A DNA stretch of 54,395 nt from Candidatus Gottesmanbacteria bacterium RIFCSPLOWO2_01_FULL_42_22. Its GTDB lineage: Bacteria > Patescibacteriota > Microgenomatia > 2-02-FULL-39-11. The stretch lies in the NCBI GenBank assembly GCA_001779315.1, contig MFJU01000025.1, forward strand, positions 1-54,395, given 5' to 3'. Shown here one piece after another: positions 29,736 to 39,598 of this stretch; the stretch's first letter is position 1, and every line of letters starts with the position of its first letter. The notes under the pieces were generated by a model. That model was not told the DNA's origin and ran no database searches. It saw only the letters and a program-made list of their open reading frames with translations. Made by a program: the position numbers and the translations under genes.

Positions 29736-30635
29736 ATGATTTTATCTAACTATCATCGGCCGGTACTCCTTCCGGACGTAATAGAACTTTTAAATATTAA
29801 AAAAGACAGGCAGTATGTTGATGCGACTTTAGGTGGAGGAGGTTACTCTTTAGCCATCGTAAATAGGGGAGGTAAGGTCTTAGGTCTCGATATTGATCCT
29901 GAAGCAATTGATTTTGCCAGACAAAAAGCCGGACAGGAAAAGATCGGGCAGGAAAAATGGCAGATTAGGCAGGAGAGTTTTGCCGATATCAGGCTAATCG
30001 CCGGTAAAAACGGCTTTTCCCAAGTCTGGGGGATTATTTTTGATTTGGGTGTTTCTTCGCATCAACTGGATTTTTCCGGCAGAGGTTTTTCTTTCCGAAA
30101 AGGTGAAGAAAAACTGGATATGAGGTTTTCAGGAAAGAATCCACTGACTGCCGAAGAAGTAATTAATCAGTACTCAAAAGAGAGGCTCTATGAAATTTTT
30201 ACAAAATATGCTGAAGAACTCAGTGCTGGGGCAATTACTGGCGCTGTTGTTCGCGCCCGTACCCTGAAAAAAAGGATCGGTTCGGTTGCCGATCTGAACA
30301 GAATTATTATTGAGGCGGTTCCGGGAGAGGCAAGAGAACAGCAGAAAGTCTTAGCCAGAATATACCAGGCATTGAGGATAGAAGTCAACAGCGAGCTGTC
30401 AACAATTGAAGAGGGGTTAAGGGAGGCCAGCGGTCTTTTGACAAAGGGAGGCAGAATTCTGGTATTAAGTTACCATTCATTGGAAGACAGGTTGGTAAAA
30501 GGATTTTTCAGGGAGAAAGCACGGTCGGGGGAATTGAAAATTCTGACAAAAAGTCCAGTAAGACCTGGATTTGAAGAGATAAGGCATAATCCGAGAGCGA
30601 GATCAGCTAAACTCAGGGCCGCGGAAAAAATATGA
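29736..30635 (+). CDS. rsmH: 16S rRNA C1402 N4-methyltransferase
   Basis: HRPVLL, DATLGGGG, DLGVSSHQL, LDMR, QALRIEVN, SYHSLEDR, NPRARSAKLR; start set at ATG 29736. Confidence 0.95.
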   Translation: MILSNYHRPVLLPDVIELLNIKKDRQYVDATLGGGGYSLAIVNRGGKVLGLDIDPEAIDFARQKAGQEKIGQEKWQIRQESFADIRLIAGKNGFSQVWGIIFDLGVSSHQLDFSGRGFSFRKGEEKLDMRFSGKNPLTAEEVINQYSKERLYEIFTKYAEELSAGAITGAVVRARTLKKRIGSVADLNRIIIEAVPGEAREQQKVLARIYQALRIEVNSELSTIEEGLREASGLLTKGGRILVLSYHSLEDRLVKGFFREKARSGELKILTKSPVRPGFEEIRHNPRARSAKLRAAEKI

Positions 30636-30931
30636 GTCATAAATCGGAAAAAATCATTAAAGTCGCCGCTTTAACAGTTTCCTTTTTGTCTGTGACCGCC
30701 CAGGTAGTTCTTTTTAATTACGATTCAACCTACGGCAGAAAATACCGCGAAATTACTGTAAAAGTCGACAGTCTGCAAACCGGAAATCTGATCTTAAGCC
30801 AGAAAATTGCCTCTTATTCGGCCATGGCCACTATTGCCCAAAAAGCCGAAATATTGGGTTTGAAACCTGTATCAGAGGTGGTATCATTAGCCCGCCCTCA
30901 GCCGGTGGCTGATATCGGTAAGACTCTTTGA
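30632..30931 (+). CDS. ftsL: Putative cell division protein FtsL
   Basis: 99 aa, one TM plus coiled coil, IAQKAEILGL; sits between rsmH and ftsI. Confidence 0.6.
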   Translation: MSHKSEKIIKVAALTVSFLSVTAQVVLFNYDSTYGRKYREITVKVDSLQTGNLILSQKIASYSAMATIAQKAEILGLKPVSEVVSLARPQPVADIGKTL

Positions 30932-30932
30932 G

Positions 30933-32603
30933 ATGGAAAAAAGGTTATTCCTGGTTTTTTGCTTATTTCTGATTTTATTTCTGTCCATAACTCTCAGGCT
31001 TTTTTATTGGCAGGTAGCCTCTTTTGAATCCCTGAAGTTAATAGCTCTCCAACAGACAAATATTTCATCCGTGATAAAGGCAGGCAGAGGCAGTATATTT
31101 TCCGCTGATAATTCTCCTTTGGTTATCAACCAGCCCGCCTATCTGGTTTTTGCCGAACCCAAAAATATAAAAGATAAACAATCAACCATCGGAAAGCTGG
31201 CTGAAATTTTGTCTTTGGATGCGGCTTCTGTTTCCGCTAAATTCACCACGGATAAATTAAGCTGGATTCCTATTGCTGAAAAAGTCGAAGCGGAAACGGC
31301 GGAAAAACTTAACACGGCCAAGCTTGCCGGTATAGGTTTAGCCCAGGATGATAAAAGATTTTATCCGGAAGCTTCAATGGCAGCTCACCTTTTGGGTTTT
31401 GTCGGCAAGAACCAAAACGGTGAGGATCAGGGTTATTTCGGTTTGGAAGGCTATTATGATGATCAGCTCAAAGGCCGGAACGGTTATTTAAAAGAAGATA
31501 GGGATATTTCGGGAAACCCCATTATTGCCGGTGAACGCACGTTTGTTGAAGCTGAAAAAGGCCGGGACCTGATTTTGTCGCTGGACCGGACAGTTCAATA
31601 TATCATCGAAGATAAATTGAAAAAGGGATTGGAAAAATACGGGGCGATAGGTGGCAGTGTTATTGTCATGGATCCGTATAAAGGATCAATTCTCGGTATG
31701 GCATCAATGCCCGGTTACGATCCTAGCAAAAGGTTGGAATTTGACTTATCCCTCTATAAGAATCCGGCAATTTCATCTTCCTTCGAACCGGGATCGACTT
31801 TTAAAGTACTGGTCATGGCCGCGGCCGTCAATGAAAATAAAGTTGAGGCGGATACGGAATTTGATGAGAAAGGGCCTGTGGAAATCGGCAAATACCAGAT
31901 AAAGACCTGGAATCAGGAATATCACGGCAGGATAAAAGTACCGGAAATAATCCAATACTCCTCAAATGTGGGTATGGTGTTTATCGGAGAAAAACTAGGC
32001 AGCGAAAACTTGCTTAAATATATCAGGGATTTGGGTTTCGGGCAGTTGACCGATATAGATCTTCAGGATGAAGGGACACCGAGCTTAAGACCAATTGATA
32101 AATGGTATGCTATTGATTTTGCCACGACCTCTTTCGGCCAGGGCATTGCGGCTACTCCTTTGCAGATGATTAGAGCGGTGGCTGCTATTGCCAACGGAGG
32201 CGAGCTGGTCAAGCCGTCAGTAGTTTCTAAAATCAGGGATAATAACGGTAAAATAATCTCTCTGGATCATAAAATTGAAAGAAGGATTTATAATACCGAG
32301 TCAGCTTCTCTGGTTAAGGAAATGATGGTTCAGGCAGTTGAAAAAGGTGAAACAAAATTCCTTAAACCCATCGGCATCCGGGTAGCCGGCAAAACCGGCA
32401 CCGCCCAGATCCCCATAGCCGGGCATTACGATACAGAAAAAACTATTGCTTCATTTGTCGGTTTCCTGCCGGCTGACAAACCCAAATTCATCATGCTGGT
32501 GACTCTTCGCGAACCTACCTCCTCCCCCTGGGGCTCGGAAACCGCCGCCCCCCTCTTTTTCACCATCGCCCGCGACCTGATTGCCTACTTCAAAATCCAG
32601 TAA
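30933..32603 (+). CDS. ftsI: Class B penicillin-binding protein (FtsI/PBP2-like)
   Basis: RGSI, RFYP, GLE; STFK (SxxK), SSN (SxN), KTGTAQ. Confidence 0.92.
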   Translation: MEKRLFLVFCLFLILFLSITLRLFYWQVASFESLKLIALQQTNISSVIKAGRGSIFSADNSPLVINQPAYLVFAEPKNIKDKQSTIGKLAEILSLDAASVSAKFTTDKLSWIPIAEKVEAETAEKLNTAKLAGIGLAQDDKRFYPEASMAAHLLGFVGKNQNGEDQGYFGLEGYYDDQLKGRNGYLKEDRDISGNPIIAGERTFVEAEKGRDLILSLDRTVQYIIEDKLKKGLEKYGAIGGSVIVMDPYKGSILGMASMPGYDPSKRLEFDLSLYKNPAISSSFEPGSTFKVLVMAAAVNENKVEADTEFDEKGPVEIGKYQIKTWNQEYHGRIKVPEIIQYSSNVGMVFIGEKLGSENLLKYIRDLGFGQLTDIDLQDEGTPSLRPIDKWYAIDFATTSFGQGIAATPLQMIRAVAAIANGGELVKPSVVSKIRDNNGKIISLDHKIERRIYNTESASLVKEMMVQAVEKGETKFLKPIGIRVAGKTGTAQIPIAGHYDTEKTIASFVGFLPADKPKFIMLVTLREPTSSPWGSETAAPLFFTIARDLIAYFKIQ

Positions 32604-32645
32604 ATAGACTGTTTTTACTTTAGTTAGCTATAGAACAGGGGTTTT

Positions 32646-32654
32646 TGCTATAAT
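32646..32654 (+). promoter_or_regulatory. Extended -10 promoter for murE
   Basis: TGCTATAAT, 12 nt before ATG 32667. Confidence 0.6.
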
Positions 32655-32666
32655 TAGAAGCCTAAG

Positions 32667-33887
32667 ATGGTGCGCCGGATAAAAAATATAGGCCATTGGC
32701 TGTTAGCGGTTTTTGCCACACTCATCTATGGCTTTCCGGCCGGAAAATTAACGGTCATCGGTATCACCGGCACTGACGGTAAAACTTCCACGACATATCT
32801 TCTTTATCACCTTTTAAAGAAAGCTAAATTGCCGGTTTCCATGATCTCAACCGTCAAGGCGGTCATCGGCAGCCAAATTTATGACACCGGTTTTCATGTC
32901 ACCACACCTTCAGCGTTTTTCTTGCAGAAACTTCTTAAGAAAGCCAAGTCTGAAGGCAGCCGTTTTCTGGTATTGGAGACAACTTCCCATGCATTGGATC
33001 AATTCCGGACACTCGGTACTTCAATTGATATTGCCGTCATCACAAACATTTCTCATGAACATCTGGATTATCACGGCAATTTGGAAAAATATCTTGAGGC
33101 CAAAGCCAAAATATTGAAAGGTGTCAAAACTGCCATTCTCAACAGGGATGATGCCAGTTTCAATACTCTGAAAAAAAAAGTCAAAGGAAAAACAATCACA
33201 TTTTCTTTAGACAAAACAGCTGATTATACCCCAAGATCAGTAGATCTTCCGGAATCTGAACCCGCATTCCAGAAAGCGAATATGCTGGCAGCGGTGGCTG
33301 CAGCCAGGGAAGCCGGAGTAGATTTGAAGACAGCAGAAAAAGCCCTCAGGACATTTAGCGGTGTTCCGGGCAGGATGGAAAGAGTCAAAAACGGACACGG
33401 CATAAACGTTATCATTGATTTTGCCCATAAGATTAACGCTTTAAAGGAAGCCCTGGCTTTTGCCAGGACCCAAACCAGAAATAAACTGATTGTTGTTTTC
33501 GGCACAGCGGGTTTGAGAGACAGATTGAAAAGGCCCATTATGGGAGAACTCGCGGCCAAAGCAGCTGATTTTGCGGTCCTGACGGCCGAAGATCCCAGGA
33601 CAGAGGATGTCAGGAATATTATTGCCCAAATCGCCAAAGGCTGCCTGAATGCCGGTATGCAGGAAAAGAATAAAAATTTCGGTGGTAATAACCTCCAGAG
33701 GAAAAATAAATATTTTTTCCGCATACCTGACAGGCAGGAAGCCATTAATTTTGCTATCCGCAAATTGGCTAAGAAGGGAGATACAGTTATAGTCTGCGGC
33801 AAAGGCCATGAAAAATCCATGTGTTACGGTAAAATCGAATATCCCTGGGATGAAAAACAGGCTGTTTTGAAAGCTCTCGATTTTTAA
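32667..33887 (+). CDS. murE: MurE-family ligase lacking the N-terminal domain
   Basis: GITGTDGKTST, TTP, LETTSH, EHLDYH, GRME, IDFAH, EDPR, GKGHE. Confidence 0.85.
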   Translation: MVRRIKNIGHWLLAVFATLIYGFPAGKLTVIGITGTDGKTSTTYLLYHLLKKAKLPVSMISTVKAVIGSQIYDTGFHVTTPSAFFLQKLLKKAKSEGSRFLVLETTSHALDQFRTLGTSIDIAVITNISHEHLDYHGNLEKYLEAKAKILKGVKTAILNRDDASFNTLKKKVKGKTITFSLDKTADYTPRSVDLPESEPAFQKANMLAAVAAAREAGVDLKTAEKALRTFSGVPGRMERVKNGHGINVIIDFAHKINALKEALAFARTQTRNKLIVVFGTAGLRDRLKRPIMGELAAKAADFAVLTAEDPRTEDVRNIIAQIAKGCLNAGMQEKNKNFGGNNLQRKNKYFFRIPDRQEAINFAIRKLAKKGDTVIVCGKGHEKSMCYGKIEYPWDEKQAVLKALDF

Positions 33888-33890
33888 TTT

Positions 33891-34538
33891 ATGATCCAGG
33901 CTAAATCCTTATTGAAATTTAGAGGGATTAAACATTTTTTCCTGAACAGTGAAGAATCAGTTTCAGAAGAATTTGACGAGGTAATCAATTCTGCATTTAT
34001 CTCTGAACAGGTTCACGGTTCGCGGATACAAAAAACTGACAGCCGGACATTTTATAAAGACTGTGACGGCTTGCTGTGCGAAAATAAAAGTACACTTCTG
34101 GTAAAAACCGCTGATTGCCTGCCGGTTTTTTTTTATTCAGCGCATAAAAAAACTGTCGCCGCTGTTCATGCCGGATGGCGGGGATTATCAAAAGGCATAA
34201 TGACAGAAACTATAGAAATATTTCGCCAAATGGGAATTGAAGCAGCTTCTTTAATTGCAGTTATCGGTCCGCATATCGGATCGTGCTGTTATCAGGTCAG
34301 CGCCGATTTAGTTAATAAATTCGGAAAAATTATTGCGGATACGGACTTTTACCAAAAAAAAGACTCTGATTATTATCTGGATTTATCAGCCATAGCCCGA
34401 TATCAACTGCAAATGGCGGGAGTTAAAGCGGCTAACATTGAAGATATGCAGGTTTGCACTTGTCATAATCTTGAGTATGCTTCTTATCGAAGGACAAACA
34501 GCCGGGAACGAAATATTTCCCTGATCAGTCTTTTATGA
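33891..34538 (+). CDS. pgeF: Peptidoglycan editing factor PgeF (YfiH family)
   Basis: QVHG, TADCLP, HAGWRG, GPHIGSCCY, SYRR. Confidence 0.9.
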   Translation: MIQAKSLLKFRGIKHFFLNSEESVSEEFDEVINSAFISEQVHGSRIQKTDSRTFYKDCDGLLCENKSTLLVKTADCLPVFFYSAHKKTVAAVHAGWRGLSKGIMTETIEIFRQMGIEAASLIAVIGPHIGSCCYQVSADLVNKFGKIIADTDFYQKKDSDYYLDLSAIARYQLQMAGVKAANIEDMQVCTCHNLEYASYRRTNSRERNISLISLL

Positions 34539-35947
34539 AAAAAAGAGCTTATCTTGTCGGTATCAAGGGTGTGGCGATGACAGCTTTGGCGGTTTACCTT
34601 AAAGAATCCGGATGGGAGGTGGCCGGTTCAGACGTAATGGAAGTTTTTTTTACCGACCAAATTCTCACTGCCAGGAGAATCCCGATTAAAACAGGTTTCC
34701 GCAGGGAAAATATCACAGCCAAATATGATTTGGTAGTTGTAACCGGCGCTCATGGAGGAATGACCAATATGGAAGCCATCAGGGCAAAAGAATTGGACAT
34801 ACCTGTTTTTATGCACGGGGAATACCTGGGGCTAATAATGGATAAATTACAGGGGATTTCAGTAGCCGGCTGTCATGGCAAAACCACTACTTCATCCATG
34901 ATAGCCTGTATGTTGGCTAATGCTAAACTGGATCCTTCATACGCTATCGGCACCGCTTATATTAACGGTTTGGGAGCAGCCGGACATTACGGCCGGGGAA
35001 AATATTTGGTGGCTGAGGCTGATGAATATGTGACTTGCCCCAAAACAGACACTACTCCCAGATTTTTATGGCAGAATCCAAAAGCAGCAGTCATTACCAA
35101 TATTGAATTCGACCATCCGGACGTTTACGGAAACCTTGATGACGTGGTTGAGGCATATTTGCAGTTTGTGGGGAATTTGAGGAAATCCGGTGGATTTTTG
35201 GTTGCCTGCCTGGATGATGCGGAAGTTTCCAACCTGCTTCCCCGCATAAAAGATATTAAAACAGTTAGCTACGGTTTTTCAAAAGAAGCCGATTATCAAA
35301 TTGCCAGTTTCAAGATCCATAAAGGCCTATCCAGAATGAATATTAAAGTTGAAGGTAAAACAGTGGGAAAATTTACGGTTTCTGTGCCCGGAAAACATAA
35401 CCTCTTAAACGCGGCAGCCTCGATAGCTGTGTGCCGCCAGTTTTGCCGCTTGTCATGGAAAGAAATCCGTAATGGTTTGAAGACATATACCGGCAACAAC
35501 CGCAGACTGGAAAAAATTTTCGAAAAAGATAGGTTAAGCCTTTATGATGATTATGCCCACCACCCCTCAGAAATTTCGGCAACCGTAAATTCCGTCAGGG
35601 AATGGTTTCCTAAAAAGCGGATTCTGGTTATCTTTCAGCCGCATACTTTTTCCCGGACAAAAAGACTGCTTAACCGATTTGCCAAAGCTTTAAGTTTGGC
35701 AGATTGGGTTATGGTAGCGCCAATATTCCCTTCTGCCCGCGAATCATTCGATCCGACTATAACTTCCGGCATTTTGACAGAGAGAATCCTTAAGGAAAAA
35801 GGCCAGGCGACTTCCGTTAAAAATAAGGATGAGGCCATAAAACTTTTGCAGAAGACTGTCAAAGCCGATGATTTGATTATTACCATGGGAGCCGGCAATT
35901 TGTATCAGTGGCATGAGAGTATCTGTCATTTGCTGGAGTCTATATGA
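34535..35947 (+). CDS. murC: UDP-N-acetylmuramate--L-alanine ligase
   Basis: GIKGVAM, AGCHGKTTT, EADE, DHPD, DDYAHHP, FQPHTFSRT, MGAG. Confidence 0.93.
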   Translation: MKKRAYLVGIKGVAMTALAVYLKESGWEVAGSDVMEVFFTDQILTARRIPIKTGFRRENITAKYDLVVVTGAHGGMTNMEAIRAKELDIPVFMHGEYLGLIMDKLQGISVAGCHGKTTTSSMIACMLANAKLDPSYAIGTAYINGLGAAGHYGRGKYLVAEADEYVTCPKTDTTPRFLWQNPKAAVITNIEFDHPDVYGNLDDVVEAYLQFVGNLRKSGGFLVACLDDAEVSNLLPRIKDIKTVSYGFSKEADYQIASFKIHKGLSRMNIKVEGKTVGKFTVSVPGKHNLLNAAASIAVCRQFCRLSWKEIRNGLKTYTGNNRRLEKIFEKDRLSLYDDYAHHPSEISATVNSVREWFPKKRILVIFQPHTFSRTKRLLNRFAKALSLADWVMVAPIFPSARESFDPTITSGILTERILKEKGQATSVKNKDEAIKLLQKTVKADDLIITMGAGNLYQWHESICHLLESI

Positions 35948-36933
35948 AAGATTTTACCACAGTCCTTAGCGATTTCTTTCCCGGAGGACGTCTGCTTTTG
36001 AAAGAGCCTTTAGCAAAATATACCAGTCTAAGGCTGGGGGGACCGGCGGATTATTTTTTGAAAGTTCGAGGGGGAGATGAACTGCAAAAAGCAGTTTCCC
36101 AGGCCCATCTTTATAAAATCCCTCTTTTTATTTTAGGAGGCGGGACAAATGTCCTTTTTAATGATGAAGGATTCCCCGGGTTGGTCATAAAAAATGAAAT
36201 GTCGGATATCAAATTGATCGGTCTTAAAGGAGAAAGCCTTAAGGACGGAAAAACAGGCACAGCTATTAATACTGTCTATCTGGAAGTGGATAGCGGTGTA
36301 GGAGTCAACAGACTGGTCAGATACAGTTTGGATCAGGGGTTGTCCGGCTTGGAATATTTTTTGGGACAGCCGGGCACTGTCGGCGGAGCGGTCTGGATAA
36401 ATGCTCATAACATGGACAAAAAACGCTTTTTTGGAGAAATAGTCGTGGCGGCCACTCTCTTTAATATTGAGAAAGGGATAAACAAAGTAGCTCAAGATTA
36501 TTTTAGGTTTGGCTATGACAAATCAAACCTTCAAAAAACCGGAGAAATTGTTCTGTCGGCAGTATGTAGTTTCAGGCGGGGAAATAAGGAAAAATTGTGG
36601 AAAATTGCCAGGGAGACGCTTGAATACAGATCCAGAACACAGCCTTCAGGCTATTTTTCCGCCGGCTGTATCTTCCGTAACATTAAAAAAAGTGAAGCAA
36701 TGAGATTGGCAACTCCCCAATTTACTCTTTCCGCCGGTTTCCTGATTGAATCAGTCGGTTTGAAGGGAAAAACAATCGGCGGAGCCTCTTTTTCCCCGAC
36801 CCATGCCAATTTCATTGTTCATAAAGGACAGGCAAAATCTTTGGATGTGTTAAAATTGATAGACCTGGCCAGAGAAAAAGTTTTTGCCAAATATCATCTC
36901 CGTTTGGAAACTGAAATCAGAATTGTCAATTGA
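35944..36933 (+). CDS. murB: UDP-N-acetylenolpyruvoylglucosamine reductase
   Basis: GGPA, GGGTN, PGTVGGA, SAGCIFRN, HANF, LETE. Confidence 0.95.
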   Translation: MKDFTTVLSDFFPGGRLLLKEPLAKYTSLRLGGPADYFLKVRGGDELQKAVSQAHLYKIPLFILGGGTNVLFNDEGFPGLVIKNEMSDIKLIGLKGESLKDGKTGTAINTVYLEVDSGVGVNRLVRYSLDQGLSGLEYFLGQPGTVGGAVWINAHNMDKKRFFGEIVVAATLFNIEKGINKVAQDYFRFGYDKSNLQKTGEIVLSAVCSFRRGNKEKLWKIARETLEYRSRTQPSGYFSAGCIFRNIKKSEAMRLATPQFTLSAGFLIESVGLKGKTIGGASFSPTHANFIVHKGQAKSLDVLKLIDLAREKVFAKYHLRLETEIRIVN

Positions 36934-36948
36934 AGATTTATTTCACTT

Positions 36949-38283
36949 ATGGAATTTTTTAAGATAAACGGCGGCCGCCAACTAAAAGGGGAAATTAAAG
37001 TATCAGGAGCCAAAAACGTGGCCATGAAAGTAGTATTAAGCGGTTTGTTGACTAATGAAGCGGTTGAAATCAGTAATATTCCCCTGATTACTTCTGTTGA
37101 GGGAACTGCTGAATTGGTGAGATGTCTAGGTGTTAAAGTCGTTAGTCGCCCGAATAACACTTTGACGATTAACGGCAGCGGTTTGAAATCGCATACCGTG
37201 CCTTTAGAAATGGGAGGGTTACTACGGACCGCCACGATGGTAATGGGGCCTCTTTTAGCTAGATTTGGCAAGGCGGTGGTACCTAACCCCGGAGGCTGCC
37301 GGCTGGGAAAGCGTCCGGTCGATTGGCATATTGAAGGGTTAACCAAAATGGGAGCGCGTATTAAATACGACGAAGGTTATTTTTATGCGCAAGCGGATAA
37401 ATTAAGAGGTACCAGATTCCGCTTTCAAAAAAACAGCCACACCGGTACCGAAACCATGATGTTGGCCGCTGTTCTGGCTGAAGGAGAAACGGTGATTGAA
37501 AATGCAGCCATGGAACCGGAAGTTGATGATCTGATAATACTTTTACAGGGGATGGGAGCCAGGATTAAGAGAGGTAACGGTAAAACAATTATCATTGAGG
37601 GAGTTAAAAAACTTTATGGAACTGATTTTACTGTTATGCCCGACAGAAATGAAGCGGTCACTTTTGCCATAGGCGCAGTAGCCACGGGCGGTGATTTGGT
37701 TATTCATGGAGCAAGGAAGCGGGATTTAACTGCTTTCCTTGAAAATTTGGAAAAAGTCGGGGTCGGTTTTAAAGTATTGGATGAGGAAACGGTCAGATTT
37801 TACTCTAGCGGTAATAAAATCAGACCCTCAAAAATCGTCACCGGTGGGCACCCGGGCTTTATGACGGATTGGCAGGCGCCCTGGACTCTTTTGATGACAG
37901 AGGCAAACGGAATCTCGACCGTCCATGAAACAGTTTTTGAAGACCGTTTCAGCTTTGTCAACGAATTAGTCAAGATGGGTGCGGATATCGAGGGTTTTAC
38001 ACCCGAAGTCAAAAATCCGGAAAAGGTTTATAATTTTAATTGGTCGGACCGCAGAGACGGAAATTATCAGGCAATCAGAATTAAAGGCGGAAATCCTCTT
38101 CATGAAGCTTTTTTGGAAATGACTGATTTAAGGGCCGGAGCTACTCTTATCCTGGCCGCGCTTTGCGCTTCCGGTGAGAGTATAATTCATGGTATAGAGC
38201 ATGTGGACCGCGGTTATGAAAAGATTGATAACCGTTTAAGAAAAATCGGGGCATCAATTACCAGAATGGAGGAATTAATCTGA
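36949..38283 (+). CDS. murA: UDP-N-acetylglucosamine 1-carboxyvinyltransferase
   Basis: SGAKN, PGGCRLGKRP (catalytic Cys present), EPEV, PGFMTD, DLRAGA, RGYE. Confidence 0.96.
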   Translation: MEFFKINGGRQLKGEIKVSGAKNVAMKVVLSGLLTNEAVEISNIPLITSVEGTAELVRCLGVKVVSRPNNTLTINGSGLKSHTVPLEMGGLLRTATMVMGPLLARFGKAVVPNPGGCRLGKRPVDWHIEGLTKMGARIKYDEGYFYAQADKLRGTRFRFQKNSHTGTETMMLAAVLAEGETVIENAAMEPEVDDLIILLQGMGARIKRGNGKTIIIEGVKKLYGTDFTVMPDRNEAVTFAIGAVATGGDLVIHGARKRDLTAFLENLEKVGVGFKVLDEETVRFYSSGNKIRPSKIVTGGHPGFMTDWQAPWTLLMTEANGISTVHETVFEDRFSFVNELVKMGADIEGFTPEVKNPEKVYNFNWSDRRDGNYQAIRIKGGNPLHEAFLEMTDLRAGATLILAALCASGESIIHGIEHVDRGYEKIDNRLRKIGASITRMEELI

Positions 38284-39596
38284 AAGACATATTCGCTTTG
38301 CTTTTAGCCGGCGGGGATTCGACAAGGATTTGGCCCATACAGTACAAACTGCTCGTAACTTTTTTCGGGCAACCGATAATTTTGCATTCGTTAAACCAGC
38401 TTTACCGCAAAGGCATCAGAAATTTTATCATCGTCTCGTCAAGGGAAAATAAAAATGTTTACCAAGGTTTGAATTTTCCCAAAGAGGCAAAAGTCAAAAT
38501 AGTGGTGCAGAAAGACCAGACCGGTATGGCAGGCGCTATTTTATCGGCGGCAGCTGAAATTGCCGGTAAAAAAATCCTGGTGGTCGGTCCCGGCGATATC
38601 GTTGAAGATTACCTCATTGAAGAGTTTGGGCAGCTTTATAAGAGAGATCCTGAAGCGGCCATGGTCGGTAAACATTTGGAAGAGTATTTTCCCGGAGGGT
38701 ATCTCAAGGAAGAAAACGGCATCATTACCGGGATTATCGAAAAACCGAAGCCTGAGGATAGGATCGGCAATTTGGTCAATATCGTCATGGATTACTGGCG
38801 CAGTTCCTCTGCATTATTAGAAGCTTTAAATGAAGTAGAGCCTTTTGGGGATGACCGCTATGAAAGAGCTAAAGAAATTTTAATAAAAAAAGGCACGGTT
38901 ATTAAATTATTGCCATATAACGGATACTGGGGCTTCCTTAAATACCCCTGGCATTTATTGTCCATAAATGATTATTTCCTGGCGGGTATTAAAAAGAATT
39001 ACGGTAAAGTGAAAATTTCTGAAAGCGCCTGCCTTTCAGGCGAGATTATTCTTGAGGACGGCGTGACCATCCTTGAAAATGCCAAAATTGTCGGACCGGC
39101 CTATATCGGGCGTAACAGCCTGATTGGCCAAAATACCCTGATTCGCAATTCACATATAGGGGAAGGAGCAATTGTGGGCTTTGCCACGGAAATTGTCAGA
39201 AGTTATGTTTCAGCCAACTGCTGGTTCCATCATAATTTTATCGGCGATTCCGTCATTATGGACAATACTTCATTAGGTGCCGGCGCGATATTGGCTAACT
39301 ACCGTCTTGATGGAGGGGTAATCAAATCAAAGGTAAATAAGCAGTCAGTTTCAACCGGCAAAACCAAATTGGGCGCGGTCATCGGCCGTAATTGCCGCAT
39401 CGGCGTCAACAGTTCCCTCATGCCCGGAGTGAAAGTGGGCAGTGACTGTTTTATCGGCTCAGGCATTACTTTGGATTCCGATCTTGCCGACGGACAATTT
39501 GCCTCATTTAAAAAAGGCAGTTACACGGTGGAAAAAAATAAAATTAAACTCCCGAACAATGCCATGCAAAAAAATTTACGGGCTTTGAAATATTAG
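38280..39596 (+). CDS. glmU: Bifunctional sugar-1-phosphate nucleotidyltransferase/acetyltransferase (archaeal-type GlmU-like)
   Basis: LAGGDSTR, EKP, YPWHLL, hexapeptide repeats, IGDS, KLGAVIG; probable CTG start at 38280 (ORF track uses TTG 38298). Confidence 0.78.
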   Translation: MKDIFALLLAGGDSTRIWPIQYKLLVTFFGQPIILHSLNQLYRKGIRNFIIVSSRENKNVYQGLNFPKEAKVKIVVQKDQTGMAGAILSAAAEIAGKKILVVGPGDIVEDYLIEEFGQLYKRDPEAAMVGKHLEEYFPGGYLKEENGIITGIIEKPKPEDRIGNLVNIVMDYWRSSSALLEALNEVEPFGDDRYERAKEILIKKGTVIKLLPYNGYWGFLKYPWHLLSINDYFLAGIKKNYGKVKISESACLSGEIILEDGVTILENAKIVGPAYIGRNSLIGQNTLIRNSHIGEGAIVGFATEIVRSYVSANCWFHHNFIGDSVIMDNTSLGAGAILANYRLDGGVIKSKVNKQSVSTGKTKLGAVIGRNCRIGVNSSLMPGVKVGSDCFIGSGITLDSDLADGQFASFKKGSYTVEKNKIKLPNNAMQKNLRALKY

Positions 39597-39598
39597 AT

